Source of the DNA: an uncultured Nitrospiraceae bacterium
Lineage (GTDB): Bacteria > Nitrospirota > Thermodesulfovibrionia > Thermodesulfovibrionales > Dissulfurispiraceae
Direction: 5' to 3'
Assembly (NCBI GenBank): GCA_963705105.1
Contig: CAVPIW010000006.1
Span: forward strand, 928,001-992,000
DNA length: 64,000 nt
Shown: positions 49,925 to 59,889 of the stretch, in pieces
Layout of the letters: each line of letters starts with the position of its first letter
How positions within the stretch are numbered: position 1 is the stretch's first letter
Made by a program: the position numbers and the translations under genes
Notes under the pieces: model-generated
Database searches by the model: none
What the model saw: the letters and a program-made list of their open reading frames with translations, nothing else
Told to the model about the DNA's origin: nothing

Positions 49925-50302
49925 TTACTCATACTCCTCCAGGTCCTCCTCGGACATGCCGAAGTAGTGGCCCACCTCGTGGACGACGGTCTTCCTGACC
50001 TCCTCGACAAGCTCTTCCTCGGTGTTGCAGATTGCCTGGAGGTTCCGCTGAAAGAGGACGATTTCATCGGGAAAGGGCGGGGGGATGTCGAGAAATCCGC
50101 CCTTGTGCGGATAGGACACGCCGGCGAAGAGCCCGAGGAGCTCGTCCCGGTGCGATCCCGTGCCTTCGGCATCCTCCCTCGACGGGTAGTCTTCGACGAT
50201 GACGCTCACGTTCGTCATGAGCCGCCGGAATTCATCGGGCAGCGATTCCAGGGCCCTGTCGACGAGCCTCTCGAAGCCGGCCCTGCTTACCCTGACAGGC
50301 AT
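49925..50302 (-). CDS. Zincin_1 (minimal zincin) metallopeptidase family protein
   Basis: LLGLFAG, PDEIVLFQRNL, TVVHEVGHYFG. Confidence 0.88.
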   Translation of the reverse strand: MPVRVSRAGFERLVDRALESLPDEFRRLMTNVSVIVEDYPSREDAEGTGSHRDELLGLFAGVSYPHKGGFLDIPPPFPDEIVLFQRNLQAICNTEEELVEEVRKTVVHEVGHYFGMSEEDLEEYE

Positions 50303-50308
50303 GGCGAC

Positions 50309-51940
50309 TCACAGCTCACAGAAGAAGTTCTGGATTTCCTTTGAGAAGGTCTCGTAGTTCACCGAATAGTCGATGGGGCACTCGATGACGACCACCTTTT
50401 TGAGAGAGAAGGCCTCCGCCAGGACACGGGAAAGATCATCGCCCTCGCCCACTGTCATGCCCACGGCGCCGTAACTCTCGGCGTACCGGGCGAAGTCCGG
50501 GTTGCCGTAATCGAGGCCGAAGTCCCGGAACCCCATGGCGCGCTGTTTCCACTTGATGAAACCGTACGCGTCATCGTTCAAAATGAGGACGACGATGGGA
50601 ATATTGCAGCGTAAAGCCGTCTCGATCTCCTGGGAGTTCATCATGAACCCGCCATCGCCAACGACGGCGAGGACCTTCCTCCCGGGGTTGAGCATCTTGG
50701 CGACGATGCCCGACGACAGACCGGCTCCCATGGTGGCGAGGGCGTTGTCGCAGAGGAACGTGTTCGGCTTATAGGTCCTGAAAAGGCGTGCGAACCAGAG
50801 TTTATAGATGCCGTTGTCGAGGGTGACGATGTCGTCTTCGCAGAGCACATTCCGTACATGCTGGACCACCTCTGCAGGACAGAGCGGGTACCTTTTCTCA
50901 TAGGACGGGGTGAGTTTTCTGTCAAGAAAATCACGTATCTTCGGGAAGTCGCCGCCTTCCTTCCTGGTCACCTTCCCGCCGAGTTGCTGCAGGGCGTGCG
51001 AGACGTCGCCGATCACCTCGACCTCGGGGTTGTAATACTTGTCCGTTTCGGCCTCGGTGAAATCGATGTTGATGATTTTCTTGTCCAGGTCTCTGTTCCA
51101 GAGAAAGGGCGGGTATTCGACGATGTTGTACCCCACGGTGATGATCAGGTCCGCCCTGTCCATGGCGCAGTTGATGTAGTCACGCCTATGGATGCCGGCG
51201 GCGAAGAGGCTGTATGCGGATTCGTCGCTCACGACCCCCTTCCCCATCTGCGTATGCACGACGTAAATACCTGTCTTGTCTATGAACTCCAGGAGACGTC
51301 TCGTGATGAGTTTTCTGTTCGCCCCTGAGGAGAGGATGATCAGGGGGTGGCTTGCTCTGTTGATCAGGACGGCGGCTTGTTCGATCGCCCTGTGGTCCGG
51401 TCCCGCCCGGCGCACATACCCCTTTTTCTGGATACAGGCTTCCGTTTCGCTCGACGCGACGTCTTCAGGCAGTTCGATGTGAACGACGCCGGGCCGCTCC
51501 GCCTGGGAAAGCTTGAAGGCGTTCCTGACGACCGTCGGGATAGACCCCGGGTCGGCGATCGACAGGGACATCTTGGTGATGGGACGCATGAGGTTGACCA
51601 CATCGATGAGCTGAAACCGGGCCTGCCAGTTGTCCCTGAGGGCCTTCTGTCCCGAGATCGACACGACGGGGGCGCCGATGAGCTGCGCATGGGCGATCCC
51701 CGTGACCAGGTTCGTCGCGCCGGGACCGAGGGTCGAAAAACAGACGCCGGCCTTCCCGGTGAGCCGGCCGTACGTCGCAGCCATGAACGCGGCGGCCTGT
51801 TCGTGGCGGGTGACGATGACCCGTATGTCCGACCGGCGAAGGGACTCGAGGAGGTCGAGGGTCTCTTCGCCCGGCAGGCCGAAGACGTACCGCACGCCTT
51901 CCTCCTCCATCTGTTTTACAAAGAGGTCAGAGGCCTTCAT
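50309..51940 (-). CDS. Acetolactate synthase large subunit-like ThDP enzyme
   Basis: FGLPGEE, TRHEQAAAFMA, TLGPGATN, GDGGFMMNSQE ThDP motif; no small subunit adjacent. Confidence 0.92.
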   Translation of the reverse strand: MKASDLFVKQMEEEGVRYVFGLPGEETLDLLESLRRSDIRVIVTRHEQAAAFMAATYGRLTGKAGVCFSTLGPGATNLVTGIAHAQLIGAPVVSISGQKALRDNWQARFQLIDVVNLMRPITKMSLSIADPGSIPTVVRNAFKLSQAERPGVVHIELPEDVASSETEACIQKKGYVRRAGPDHRAIEQAAVLINRASHPLIILSSGANRKLITRRLLEFIDKTGIYVVHTQMGKGVVSDESAYSLFAAGIHRRDYINCAMDRADLIITVGYNIVEYPPFLWNRDLDKKIINIDFTEAETDKYYNPEVEVIGDVSHALQQLGGKVTRKEGGDFPKIRDFLDRKLTPSYEKRYPLCPAEVVQHVRNVLCEDDIVTLDNGIYKLWFARLFRTYKPNTFLCDNALATMGAGLSSGIVAKMLNPGRKVLAVVGDGGFMMNSQEIETALRCNIPIVVLILNDDAYGFIKWKQRAMGFRDFGLDYGNPDFARYAESYGAVGMTVGEGDDLSRVLAEAFSLKKVVVIECPIDYSVNYETFSKEIQNFFCEL

Positions 51941-51955
51941 AGTAATCCCTCCCCG

Positions 51956-52762
51956 TCAGAACTCGATCTCCTGCCCGAAGACGGCATTGATGATCTCCCT
52001 GCACGTTTCCTCCACGGACCTGTTCGTCGTGTCGATGACCTTCCATGTCCTGTTCTTTGCACAGAGGGCATGCACGAATTCCGACTCCTCGAAGATGCGC
52101 CTGACGTTCGTGTAGTTGCTGACGGTCTGATATTTCCGGATCCGGGCCATCCTGACCTTCTGGAGCACCTCGGGATCCATGGTGAGGCAGACGATCTTCT
52201 TCTGGTCCACTGCATAGAGCGCTCTCGGCAATGGCACCTCGGGGACGATGGGGATATTCACGACCCTGTATCCCTGCTGCGCCAGGAAGAGGGACGTGGG
52301 CGTCTTCGAAGTCCTTGAAAGGCCGACGATGATGACGTCGGCCGTGTCGAGCTTGTCCGTGCTCATGCCGTCGTCATGGGCCATGGTGAAATCGAGGGCC
52401 TCGATCATCCTGAAATAGCGCTCGCTGATCCTCCGGTAGAGATTGGGGTTTTCGACGGGTTTGAGGTCCAGGTAGTCGGACAGGATGTTGATCGGCAGGT
52501 TGAGGATGTTGAAAAAGGGGATCCGGTGTTTCACGCAGAACCCGACAATCTCCTCCCTGAACGCCTTCTTGGCGAGGGTGAAGGCGATGAGGCCGCCGTT
52601 TACCTGAGCATCTTTCAGGAAGGACCTCAGTTTCGCCTTCGTGTCGATCTTCGAAAAGACGTTAAACTTGACCTGCGGACTCTCGAACTGGGCGAGGGCC
52701 GCCCGCATAACGTCCATCGCCGTCTGTCCCGTGCCGTCCGATACGATGTAAATCCTCTGCAT
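51956..52762 (-). CDS. ppsR: PEP synthetase/PPDK regulatory kinase-pyrophosphorylase (DUF299)
   Basis: IVSDGTGQTA, HDDG, VGLSRTSKTP, DTTNRSVEET. Confidence 0.9.
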   Translation of the reverse strand: MQRIYIVSDGTGQTAMDVMRAALAQFESPQVKFNVFSKIDTKAKLRSFLKDAQVNGGLIAFTLAKKAFREEIVGFCVKHRIPFFNILNLPINILSDYLDLKPVENPNLYRRISERYFRMIEALDFTMAHDDGMSTDKLDTADVIIVGLSRTSKTPTSLFLAQQGYRVVNIPIVPEVPLPRALYAVDQKKIVCLTMDPEVLQKVRMARIRKYQTVSNYTNVRRIFEESEFVHALCAKNRTWKVIDTTNRSVEETCREIINAVFGQEIEF

Positions 52763-53078
52763 GGTTTTATGCCCGTTTACCGGTATACAAAATAATCTGG
52801 GTTATTGGTGTCCAAAATAACGTGACACGAGGATTGGGCATGCCTTCTTCGCAAAATAAACTACCTCTCCTCATGTGTATCCCTCTGTTATGAAAACTTT
52901 TGCCTGCTCTGGTACACTGCGCGGCTCCCGCTTAGGCTGGCGCCTTCGACTCCCGCCGCCGTTCACGTTACCCGTGAATTTTGCTACAGAAACCACACCC
53001 AATCCTCGCTTTCAAGGTCTGTCTGTAAGATATTTTGGACAGGGGTGAATCTGGGTACGACGTTTCATGAAGGTACAA

Positions 53079-53291
53079 AATACTGCACTCCATTCACTGA
53101 CACTGACACTCGCACTCACACTGTCCTTACCTAATACTGCGCTCCATTCACTGACACTGACACTCGCACTCACACTGTCCTTACCTAATACTGCGCTCCA
53201 CTCACTGACACTGACACTCGCACTCACACTGTCCTTACCTAATACTGCGCTCCACTCACTGACACTGACACTCGCACTCACACTGTCCTTA
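53079..53291. repeat. 54-bp tandem repeat, about 4 copies
   Basis: AATACTGCGCTCCA(T/C)TCACTGACACTGACACTCGCACTCACACTGTCCTTACCT units starting at 53079, 53133, 53187 and 53241. Confidence 0.96.
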
Positions 53292-54932
53292 TTCCGACTG
53301 TCCCCTTTTCACATGGAAATATGCCGGCAGAGACGTGACTCTCCTGTCTTCCACGGCGCCTCCGACGGTGAAGTGGTAGAGGTCCTGGTAGGCATCGCCG
53401 GAGAGACCGATGAGCTCATGGACAAGGTCGTCATAGAAGCAGCCGATACCCGTTCCCCTGAGATCGTGGGCCTCCGCTTCAAGGTAGAGGACCTGACCGA
53501 TCATGCCTGTCTCCCAGTGTAGTGTCCGGTATGATGACGGCTGCGCCTCGATGGGTTCGCGGAAACGGGCGATCATGGACACTGAAAAAACGCCGTCGGC
53601 GGCGATGTCCTGGTCGCAGCTCACCCGTTTCGAAATGACCTCGTAGTCGCCCCGGTCAAGGCAGAAGAGGCTCAGCCCGTCCGGCGCCTCCCCTACCCGT
53701 TCCCAGAGGAGTTCCCCGTGGCATCGGCCCTTGAAATCGTCGATGTCCTCATCATTGCGGAAGAGCATATAGAGACCCGGATCGAGTCCCCTTACCCTGT
53801 GGACATAAAGCAGGAGATGAACGGACGTCGGACCCTGCTCAAGGTCAAACGGTGAAGCGCCCGATCGAGCTATCGTCCGGTCGAGCATCGAGAAAAAGGC
53901 GTCCCTGTCCAGGGTCGTCTCCCTGTCATAAGCCTGGGCGCTTCTCCTGCGGAGAATCACCTCCGACGCCCCTTTGCCGGGGATGTCCCTTTCGATGTAC
54001 GGCCGGTTCGGCGTCTCAAAGATCGACGCATCGGTCCTTCTCTTTGCCGACGCCCTGGCGACGCCGTCGATCACGTCCCAGTCCACATGGTCACCGCTCA
54101 GTGCATTCGGCTCGCCGCCGAAATCGAGATCGCCGAAAGAGTCAATAATGTATGGCGGGATGTCCCGCGGCGTCTTTCCATCGGACTGGCCGCAGACGTA
54201 GCAGAGGCACTCGGCGATTTCCCGTTCAAAGGGCAGCCAGTTCGTCTTGTGGAACCCGAGCACCCTGTCGATCTCCTCCTCGGAGAGGGCGTTCAGATAG
54301 ACGACTCTCCATCCGAGGAGGCTCGCCGAGAGGCTCAGGCAGGCCAGGGCGTGGCCCGTGTCGTGGTTGCAGTAACGGAATGCCCTCTCGCCATACTTCC
54401 ACGCTTCCCTCCAGGCGATGCTGCTGAGCCCGACGAAAAAACCCTGCCTGCCGAAGTGCTCCCGCAGCCGTTCCCACACCGTCACATCGACGGACGCCCT
54501 CGGTTCGAGGGCATGGGAGAAAGGGAAGTAGTGGTAGACACCGCCGTCGATGCCCGAATCCGGCACGTCCGGGAGGACCAGGTGCGCCTCCGTCGGGTGG
54601 AGATTGCCGCTCGACGGGTTGACACGGAGGGCCCAGGTGTTTTTTTCAAAGGCCTTCCAGGCCGAAATCGCCATCGAAAACTCGAGAAACCGTCCGATGG
54701 TCCCGAGGGTGATGGGCTGCACGTCGTTGCGCGACCTGTCGAACAGGTCGGTGTATCGCTTCTCGTCTCCACCTCCTGTCAGGGGAAGATCGATCAGTGG
54801 TGTCCCTTTGTATCTCCTGAACGGATGGGGCTCGTTGTCCCAGTCGAGGTGCCCGGCAGACCGGGCGTATTTCCCGGGATAATGCTTCGTCCTTTCGTGA
54901 TATTCGAAAACCGTCCTGCTCTCTGTCGACAT
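53289..54932 (-). CDS. SagB/ThcOx-like tandem nitroreductase-domain protein
   Basis: YHERTKH, LRVNPSSGNLHPTE, WREAWKYGERAFRYC, RRRSA, LYLEAEA..GTGIGCFYDD. Confidence 0.85.
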   Translation of the reverse strand: MSTESRTVFEYHERTKHYPGKYARSAGHLDWDNEPHPFRRYKGTPLIDLPLTGGGDEKRYTDLFDRSRNDVQPITLGTIGRFLEFSMAISAWKAFEKNTWALRVNPSSGNLHPTEAHLVLPDVPDSGIDGGVYHYFPFSHALEPRASVDVTVWERLREHFGRQGFFVGLSSIAWREAWKYGERAFRYCNHDTGHALACLSLSASLLGWRVVYLNALSEEEIDRVLGFHKTNWLPFEREIAECLCYVCGQSDGKTPRDIPPYIIDSFGDLDFGGEPNALSGDHVDWDVIDGVARASAKRRTDASIFETPNRPYIERDIPGKGASEVILRRRSAQAYDRETTLDRDAFFSMLDRTIARSGASPFDLEQGPTSVHLLLYVHRVRGLDPGLYMLFRNDEDIDDFKGRCHGELLWERVGEAPDGLSLFCLDRGDYEVISKRVSCDQDIAADGVFSVSMIARFREPIEAQPSSYRTLHWETGMIGQVLYLEAEAHDLRGTGIGCFYDDLVHELIGLSGDAYQDLYHFTVGGAVEDRRVTSLPAYFHVKRGQSE

Positions 54933-54943
54933 GTTGTTCCCGC

Positions 54944-55546
54944 CTATTCCGTGATCTGCTTCAAATTTTCACAGGCCCGCTTGTCACCCATGTCGCAGAC
55001 CTTCCTGAAATCCACGGCGCCTTTCTTCACATAGGCGACACCGCGGGAGAAAAGGGCCTCGGGGTAACCCGGCCGCAGGCCGATGGCCTTGTTGTAATCG
55101 TCGATCGCCTCGTCATAGCGTCCCTTTCTCGCAAAGGCGACGCCCCTGTTGTGATACGCCTCAGCCAGCTTCGGGCTGAGGGTGACCGCCTTCGTCTCGT
55201 CTTCGATCGCCTCGTCATACCTGCCCTTCTTGAGGAATGCCAGCCCCCTGTTATGATACAACTCGGCGCTGTCGGGCGAAAATTCAAGGGCCTTCGTAAA
55301 GTCCGCAACCGCCTCATCCAGCTTGCCTGTCCGGTAGTGGGCAAGCCCCCTGTTGATGTAGGCGTCGGACAGGTTCGGGTTCAGTGCGATGGCCCGGCTG
55401 TATGCCTTGATCGCATCGTCGTATTTGCCGTCGTTGAAGAGGGTGTTGCCGCCGGCGAAAAAGTACTGGGCATCGACGGCGGGGGCGGCCTGCGGCGCCG
55501 TGAAAAGCACGATCAGCAGGAAAAACAAGAGACTCCGGTGTTTCAT
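54944..55546 (-). CDS. Exported TPR protein
   Basis: Signal peptide and canonical AY.NRG.A TPR repeats. Confidence 0.88.
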   Translation of the reverse strand: MKHRSLLFFLLIVLFTAPQAAPAVDAQYFFAGGNTLFNDGKYDDAIKAYSRAIALNPNLSDAYINRGLAHYRTGKLDEAVADFTKALEFSPDSAELYHNRGLAFLKKGRYDEAIEDETKAVTLSPKLAEAYHNRGVAFARKGRYDEAIDDYNKAIGLRPGYPEALFSRGVAYVKKGAVDFRKVCDMGDKRACENLKQITE

Positions 55547-55634
55547 GCCTCGTCCTCCCAAAAACATACCATTATCGTTGAGTATACCACAGAGACCGCG
55601 GGAGGGGATCAGCGATAACGCTCATTCTCCACGA

Positions 55635-56195
55635 TCAGGGAAGACCGCCGGACTGGGGCGTCCTGACGAGCCTCGTCACGTCGTAGGCCTGTTTTTCGAG
55701 GTCTTCGAGAATACGCTTGTACAGCCCCTCGTCCATCCGGGGCGTGCGACCGAGGATCCAGAGATACTGTCTTGCAGGGTGTCCGACGACGGCATACTCG
55801 TAGTCTTTCCCGAGGCCGATGATCCAGTAATCTCCCGAGAAGGGCCAGAAGAAGCGGACCTTGAGCTTTGCCCTCGTCGTCTCGTCGACGACCCATGCGC
55901 TGCCGCTCACCGACGAGAGGGGACCGTCGGGAGCCCCGATCCTGCATTGATTCACCACCCCGACGGTGCCGTCATCACGGACAGTGTAGTTCGCCGTCGA
56001 ACCGAAGCATCCCTCCTGGAAGCGGTTCGGATAGCTCGCAATCTCATACCACAATCCTGCATACCGCGATAGATCGACGGCGGAGACGACCTGCAGGGGA
56101 GGCTCCGTCCTGCCCCCGTGAGACGCGCAGGAGGCCAACACACAAATACCCAGGACAAGCAAACAACCAACGGTCTTCATTTTGCGACTTTTCAT
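55635..56195 (-). CDS. blc: Bacterial lipocalin lipoprotein
   Basis: Lipobox LASC, VDLSRYAGLWYEIA, KLKVRFFWPFSGDYWI, YLWILGRTP. Confidence 0.92.
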   Translation of the reverse strand: MKSRKMKTVGCLLVLGICVLASCASHGGRTEPPLQVVSAVDLSRYAGLWYEIASYPNRFQEGCFGSTANYTVRDDGTVGVVNQCRIGAPDGPLSSVSGSAWVVDETTRAKLKVRFFWPFSGDYWIIGLGKDYEYAVVGHPARQYLWILGRTPRMDEGLYKRILEDLEKQAYDVTRLVRTPQSGGLP

Positions 56196-56231
56196 ATCAA
56201 CACCTCACTCTTGATGAATGCATAAGCCCTG

Positions 56232-56566
56232 CGGAAAGGCGGGGCGAAGACGCCGCGAAACAATGACAGCAGACATTAGGCAACAGACAGGCACCGGAGG
56301 ACAAACGCACGACGGGAAGGCTGATGTGGTGAAAAGCCTTTCCTCTAAGATACCCTATTCATCCCCGGACCACCCTTGCCGTGTCCATTGATACCGAATG
56401 CCCGTCAGGCAACAGGCGCTGAACACCTTGAGATGTCTCATCATCGCATTGGAAAGGCTTTGATCCATATCTGCCTTCCCGGAGACAGCGGTAGTGACAC
56501 CGACAGTGACCCTGTCACTCACACTGTCACTGTTTTTCAGAGCGCTTGTCCCACCGTTTCATGCAC
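56232..56566 (+). repeat. Intergenic repeat family copy (divergent long form; inner module 56314-56480)
   Basis: GGAAAGGCGGGGCGAAG left end, 167-bp inner module, CACTGTCACTGTTTTTCAGAGCGCTT right end. Confidence 0.92.
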
Positions 56567-56911
56567 CTGATGCAGAAAATCCATATTATTTTCCCATGTT
56601 CCCCTGCAAGTTGACAATCCCCCCGGTATGTGATACAAGTTAGAAACAACGACAGTGGCAGTGTCTGTGTCAGTGAATGGAGCACATCTCAGAAGAAATG
56701 TCTCGCACAAAGAAAGACCACGACAGTGGATGTGTCAGTGGATGGGAGCCATCGTTGCCGGGCAGTGGTGGATGACACAAGGGATGATATCGGGTGATTG
56801 CAGGGGCCGTTCCCTGAACGGCCCGCCATGAGATGAGACGGTCTGCTCGGAGAGCAGACCCTGCTCCTTCACTGCCACTGCCACAGACACTGACACTATT
56901 GGGAGGTATCC

Positions 56912-57559
56912 ATGAAGAAAAACGATCATGATGAAACGTGCCGCTGCCGGGACGGCGTGACGCGGCGGGAGTTCCTCGCCACCGTCGGCCTGGGCGCCGT
57001 TGCCGTGACGGCATCGGGTTCGCGTGACATTCAGGCTCAGACAGCGGAGCCTGCAGCGGAGCTGCCGCCGGAGGAAACGACGAAACTGAAACTGCGGGTC
57101 AACGGCAGGAGATACAATGTCCTCGTCGAGCCGCGGTGGTCCCTCCTCTTCGTGCTCAGGGAGAGGATCGGCCTGACGGGGACGAAGGCGGGATGCGAGC
57201 GCGGCGAGTGCGGCGCCTGCACGGTCCTCATCGACGGCATTCCCCGCTATGCATGCATGACCCTCGCCGTCGAGGCCGCCGGCGCCGACATTACGACACT
57301 GGAAGGGCTCATGAAGGGCGAGCAGCTCGGGCCTGTCCAGCAGGCCTTTCTCGAATCGGACGCCTTCCAGTGCGGCTACTGCACGCCCGGGCAGATCATG
57401 GCGGCGGAAGGTCTTCTGCGTACCAACTCTTCTCCCTCCATCGACGAGATCCGGCACGGCATGAGCGGCAACCTCTGCCGGTGCGGCGCCTATGTGCACA
57501 TCTTCAGTGCCGTGAAACGGGCCGCTGACATGAAGGGCAGGGCGGGAGGCTCATCATGA
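56912..57559 (+). CDS. XDH-family 2x[2Fe-2S] subunit with Tat signal (PaoA/YagT-like)
   Basis: TRREFL twin-Arg; GTKAGCERGECGACTV; FQCGYCTPG; GNLCRC. Confidence 0.93.
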   Translation: MKKNDHDETCRCRDGVTRREFLATVGLGAVAVTASGSRDIQAQTAEPAAELPPEETTKLKLRVNGRRYNVLVEPRWSLLFVLRERIGLTGTKAGCERGECGACTVLIDGIPRYACMTLAVEAAGADITTLEGLMKGEQLGPVQQAFLESDAFQCGYCTPGQIMAAEGLLRTNSSPSIDEIRHGMSGNLCRCGAYVHIFSAVKRAADMKGRAGGSS

Positions 57560-59886
57560 AGGACAAACAGAAGGGGATCTATTATGTCCAGGGCCTTCCT
57601 GTGCCTGAGACTCCAGCAGCCAAGAAGACCGATGAATCGTGGGACAAGACGAGGGTCGTCGGCAAGCCCCTTCCCCGTGTCGACGCTTACGAGCGGGTGA
57701 GCGGTTCAGCGATCTATCCCTCCGACCTCTCCCTTCCGGAGATGCTCTACGGGGCGATCCTTCGTTGTCCCCATGCCCATGCCGTCGTCAGGGAGATCGA
57801 CGCGGAGGCTGCCGGCAAAATGCCCGGCGTCCATGCCGTCATCACCATGGCAAGTCCCGAGGCGGACGTCGTCTGGCCTTACACGAAAGACGTCCGGACG
57901 AAGCTCTTCGATCCCCGGTGCCGTTATGAGGGAGAGACCGTCGCCGCCGTCGCCGCAGAGACGCCCTACCAGGCCTGGGACGCCGTCCGGGCCATCACGG
58001 TCCTCTACGACGTGCTGCCTCCTCTCTCGGATGAACGGAAGGCCCTCGATCAGCGCGCCCCTGCCGTCCATGAAAAGGGGAACCTCGTGGGCAAACCTCT
58101 CATCTACGAGCGCGGAGACGTGGCAAAGGGTTTTGCCGGCGCCGATGTCGTCATCGAGGAGGAGTTCCGGACCGTCAGCGAAGTGCACACGCCCATGGAG
58201 CTTCACGGTTGTGTGGCGAAATGGGACGGGGACCGACTCACCATCTGGGAATCGACGCAGGGTGTCTACGCCGTCCAGGCCGGTGTCGCCGAGGTGCTGA
58301 AGCTGCCCCTCTCAAAGGTCAGGGTCATCGGGCACTACATGGGCGGAGGGTTCGGGAGCAAGCTCAGGGCCGGTAAATACACGGTCATCGCCGCCGTCCT
58401 CGCAAAAAAGACAGCCCGGCCGGTGAAGCTCTTCCTCACCCGGGAAGAGACCTTCCTCGATGCCGGCAATCGTCCGCCGAGCACGATGAAGCTGAAAGCG
58501 GGAATCAGGAGGGACGGCACCCTGACAGCCCTGCACTTCACCTGCACCGGCACGGGAGGCGCCTATCCGGCCGGAGGGGTCAATCTCGTCGACTGGGTCA
58601 TCAAGGACCTCTATACGTGCCCGAATGTCCGCACAGAGATGACGGACGTCTACATCAACGCAGGCCCCGCCCGTCCCTTCAGGGCGCCCGGTCATCCCCA
58701 GGGCTCCTGGGCCCTCGAGCAGATGCTCGACATGCTCGCCGAAAAAATCGTCATGGACCCCGTCGACCTGCGTCTCAGAAACATTCCCCTGTTCAGCCAG
58801 GCCAGGGAGGGCAACCCGCCTTACACCTCGACGGGCCTCAGGGAATGCCTCGTCGAGGGGGCGCGCGTCTTCGGCTGGAAGGAGAAGAGGAAAGGGGCGT
58901 TCACATCCGGTGATAAAGGGACCGTCCGGCGCGGTGTCGGCATGGGAAGCGCCCTATGGGTCGCCGGTGGGGGCGGTCCGCCGTCGACGGTCATCGTCAA
59001 ACTCTTTTCCGACGGGAGCGTCAATCTCAACATGGGCGCGAGCGACATCGGCACGGGCACCAAATCGGTCATGGCCATGGTCGTCGCCGAGGAGCTGGGG
59101 GTCGCCACGGACATGATCCAGATCGAACACGCCGACACAGGCACCACGCAGTACGCGACGCCGAGCGGAGGGAGCAAGACCGTCCCGACGGAGTCGCCCG
59201 CCGTGCGGGCCGCGGCCATCGACGTGAAACAGCAGCTCCTCGACATGGCATCGAAAGACCTCAAGACCGATACGGCATCTCTGAAACTCTCGGACGGCAT
59301 GATCGTGTCCGTGAAAGACCCTGCGCTGAAGACCGGTTTGACCGATGTGTCGGGACTGAAGAAACGCGGCGTCATCGTCGGCGTCGGTTACCGGGGGCCC
59401 AATCCGGAGAACAAGGTCGTGAACCCCTTTGCGGCCCAGTTCTGCGAGGTCGAGGTGAATACCCTGACCGGCGAAGTGACAATCGTCCGTTTCGTCGGCG
59501 CTCACGACAGCGGCAGGGTCATGAACCGCCTCACCTATGACAACCAGGTCCATGGCGGCATCGTCATGGGAATCGGCTTCGCCATGACGGAATCGAGGAT
59601 CCTCGACGGCGACCAGACAGGGAAAATGGTGAACAGGAACTGGCACGACTACAAGCTCCCAACGGCCCTTGACGTGCCCGCCGACATCGTGTCCGTCCCC
59701 ATCGAAACAGATGACCGCGAGGCGAACACGACGGGGGCGAAGGGACTCGGGGAGCCCGTCACGATCCCGACGGCGGCGGCCATCGCCAACGCCGTGTATC
59801 ATGCCACAGGCGTGCGGATCACGGAGACGCCGATCACGCCCGCCGTGCTCTGCGAGAAACTCGCCGGACGCAGGAAGGAGGGATGA
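57556..59886 (+). CDS. XDH-family molybdopterin-binding subunit (PaoC/YagR-like)
   Basis: MGGGFGSK, FRAPG, DIGTG, GAKGLGEP catalytic Glu, IANAVYHATGVRI. Confidence 0.93.
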   Translation: MKDKQKGIYYVQGLPVPETPAAKKTDESWDKTRVVGKPLPRVDAYERVSGSAIYPSDLSLPEMLYGAILRCPHAHAVVREIDAEAAGKMPGVHAVITMASPEADVVWPYTKDVRTKLFDPRCRYEGETVAAVAAETPYQAWDAVRAITVLYDVLPPLSDERKALDQRAPAVHEKGNLVGKPLIYERGDVAKGFAGADVVIEEEFRTVSEVHTPMELHGCVAKWDGDRLTIWESTQGVYAVQAGVAEVLKLPLSKVRVIGHYMGGGFGSKLRAGKYTVIAAVLAKKTARPVKLFLTREETFLDAGNRPPSTMKLKAGIRRDGTLTALHFTCTGTGGAYPAGGVNLVDWVIKDLYTCPNVRTEMTDVYINAGPARPFRAPGHPQGSWALEQMLDMLAEKIVMDPVDLRLRNIPLFSQAREGNPPYTSTGLRECLVEGARVFGWKEKRKGAFTSGDKGTVRRGVGMGSALWVAGGGGPPSTVIVKLFSDGSVNLNMGASDIGTGTKSVMAMVVAEELGVATDMIQIEHADTGTTQYATPSGGSKTVPTESPAVRAAAIDVKQQLLDMASKDLKTDTASLKLSDGMIVSVKDPALKTGLTDVSGLKKRGVIVGVGYRGPNPENKVVNPFAAQFCEVEVNTLTGEVTIVRFVGAHDSGRVMNRLTYDNQVHGGIVMGIGFAMTESRILDGDQTGKMVNRNWHDYKLPTALDVPADIVSVPIETDDREANTTGAKGLGEPVTIPTAAAIANAVYHATGVRITETPITPAVLCEKLAGRRKEG

Positions 59887-59889
59887 ACG

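Noticed and set aside
53079..53291. CRISPR array
   Set aside because: Units are head-to-tail with no unique spacers and there are no cas genes in the window
53012..53522. Repeat-derived ORFs (SVSASVSVSEW and LHSLTLTLALTLSLP)
   Set aside because: Translations of the 54-bp DNA tandem repeat; one overlaps a real gene antisense
53289..54932. Azole RiPP cluster around the SagB-like gene
   Set aside because: No YcaO or precursor nearby; looks like a stand-alone tandem nitroreductase
56640..56911. Moco riboswitch upstream of the XDH operon
   Set aside because: I could not find the conserved motif; the leader is explained by repeat-related inverted sequences
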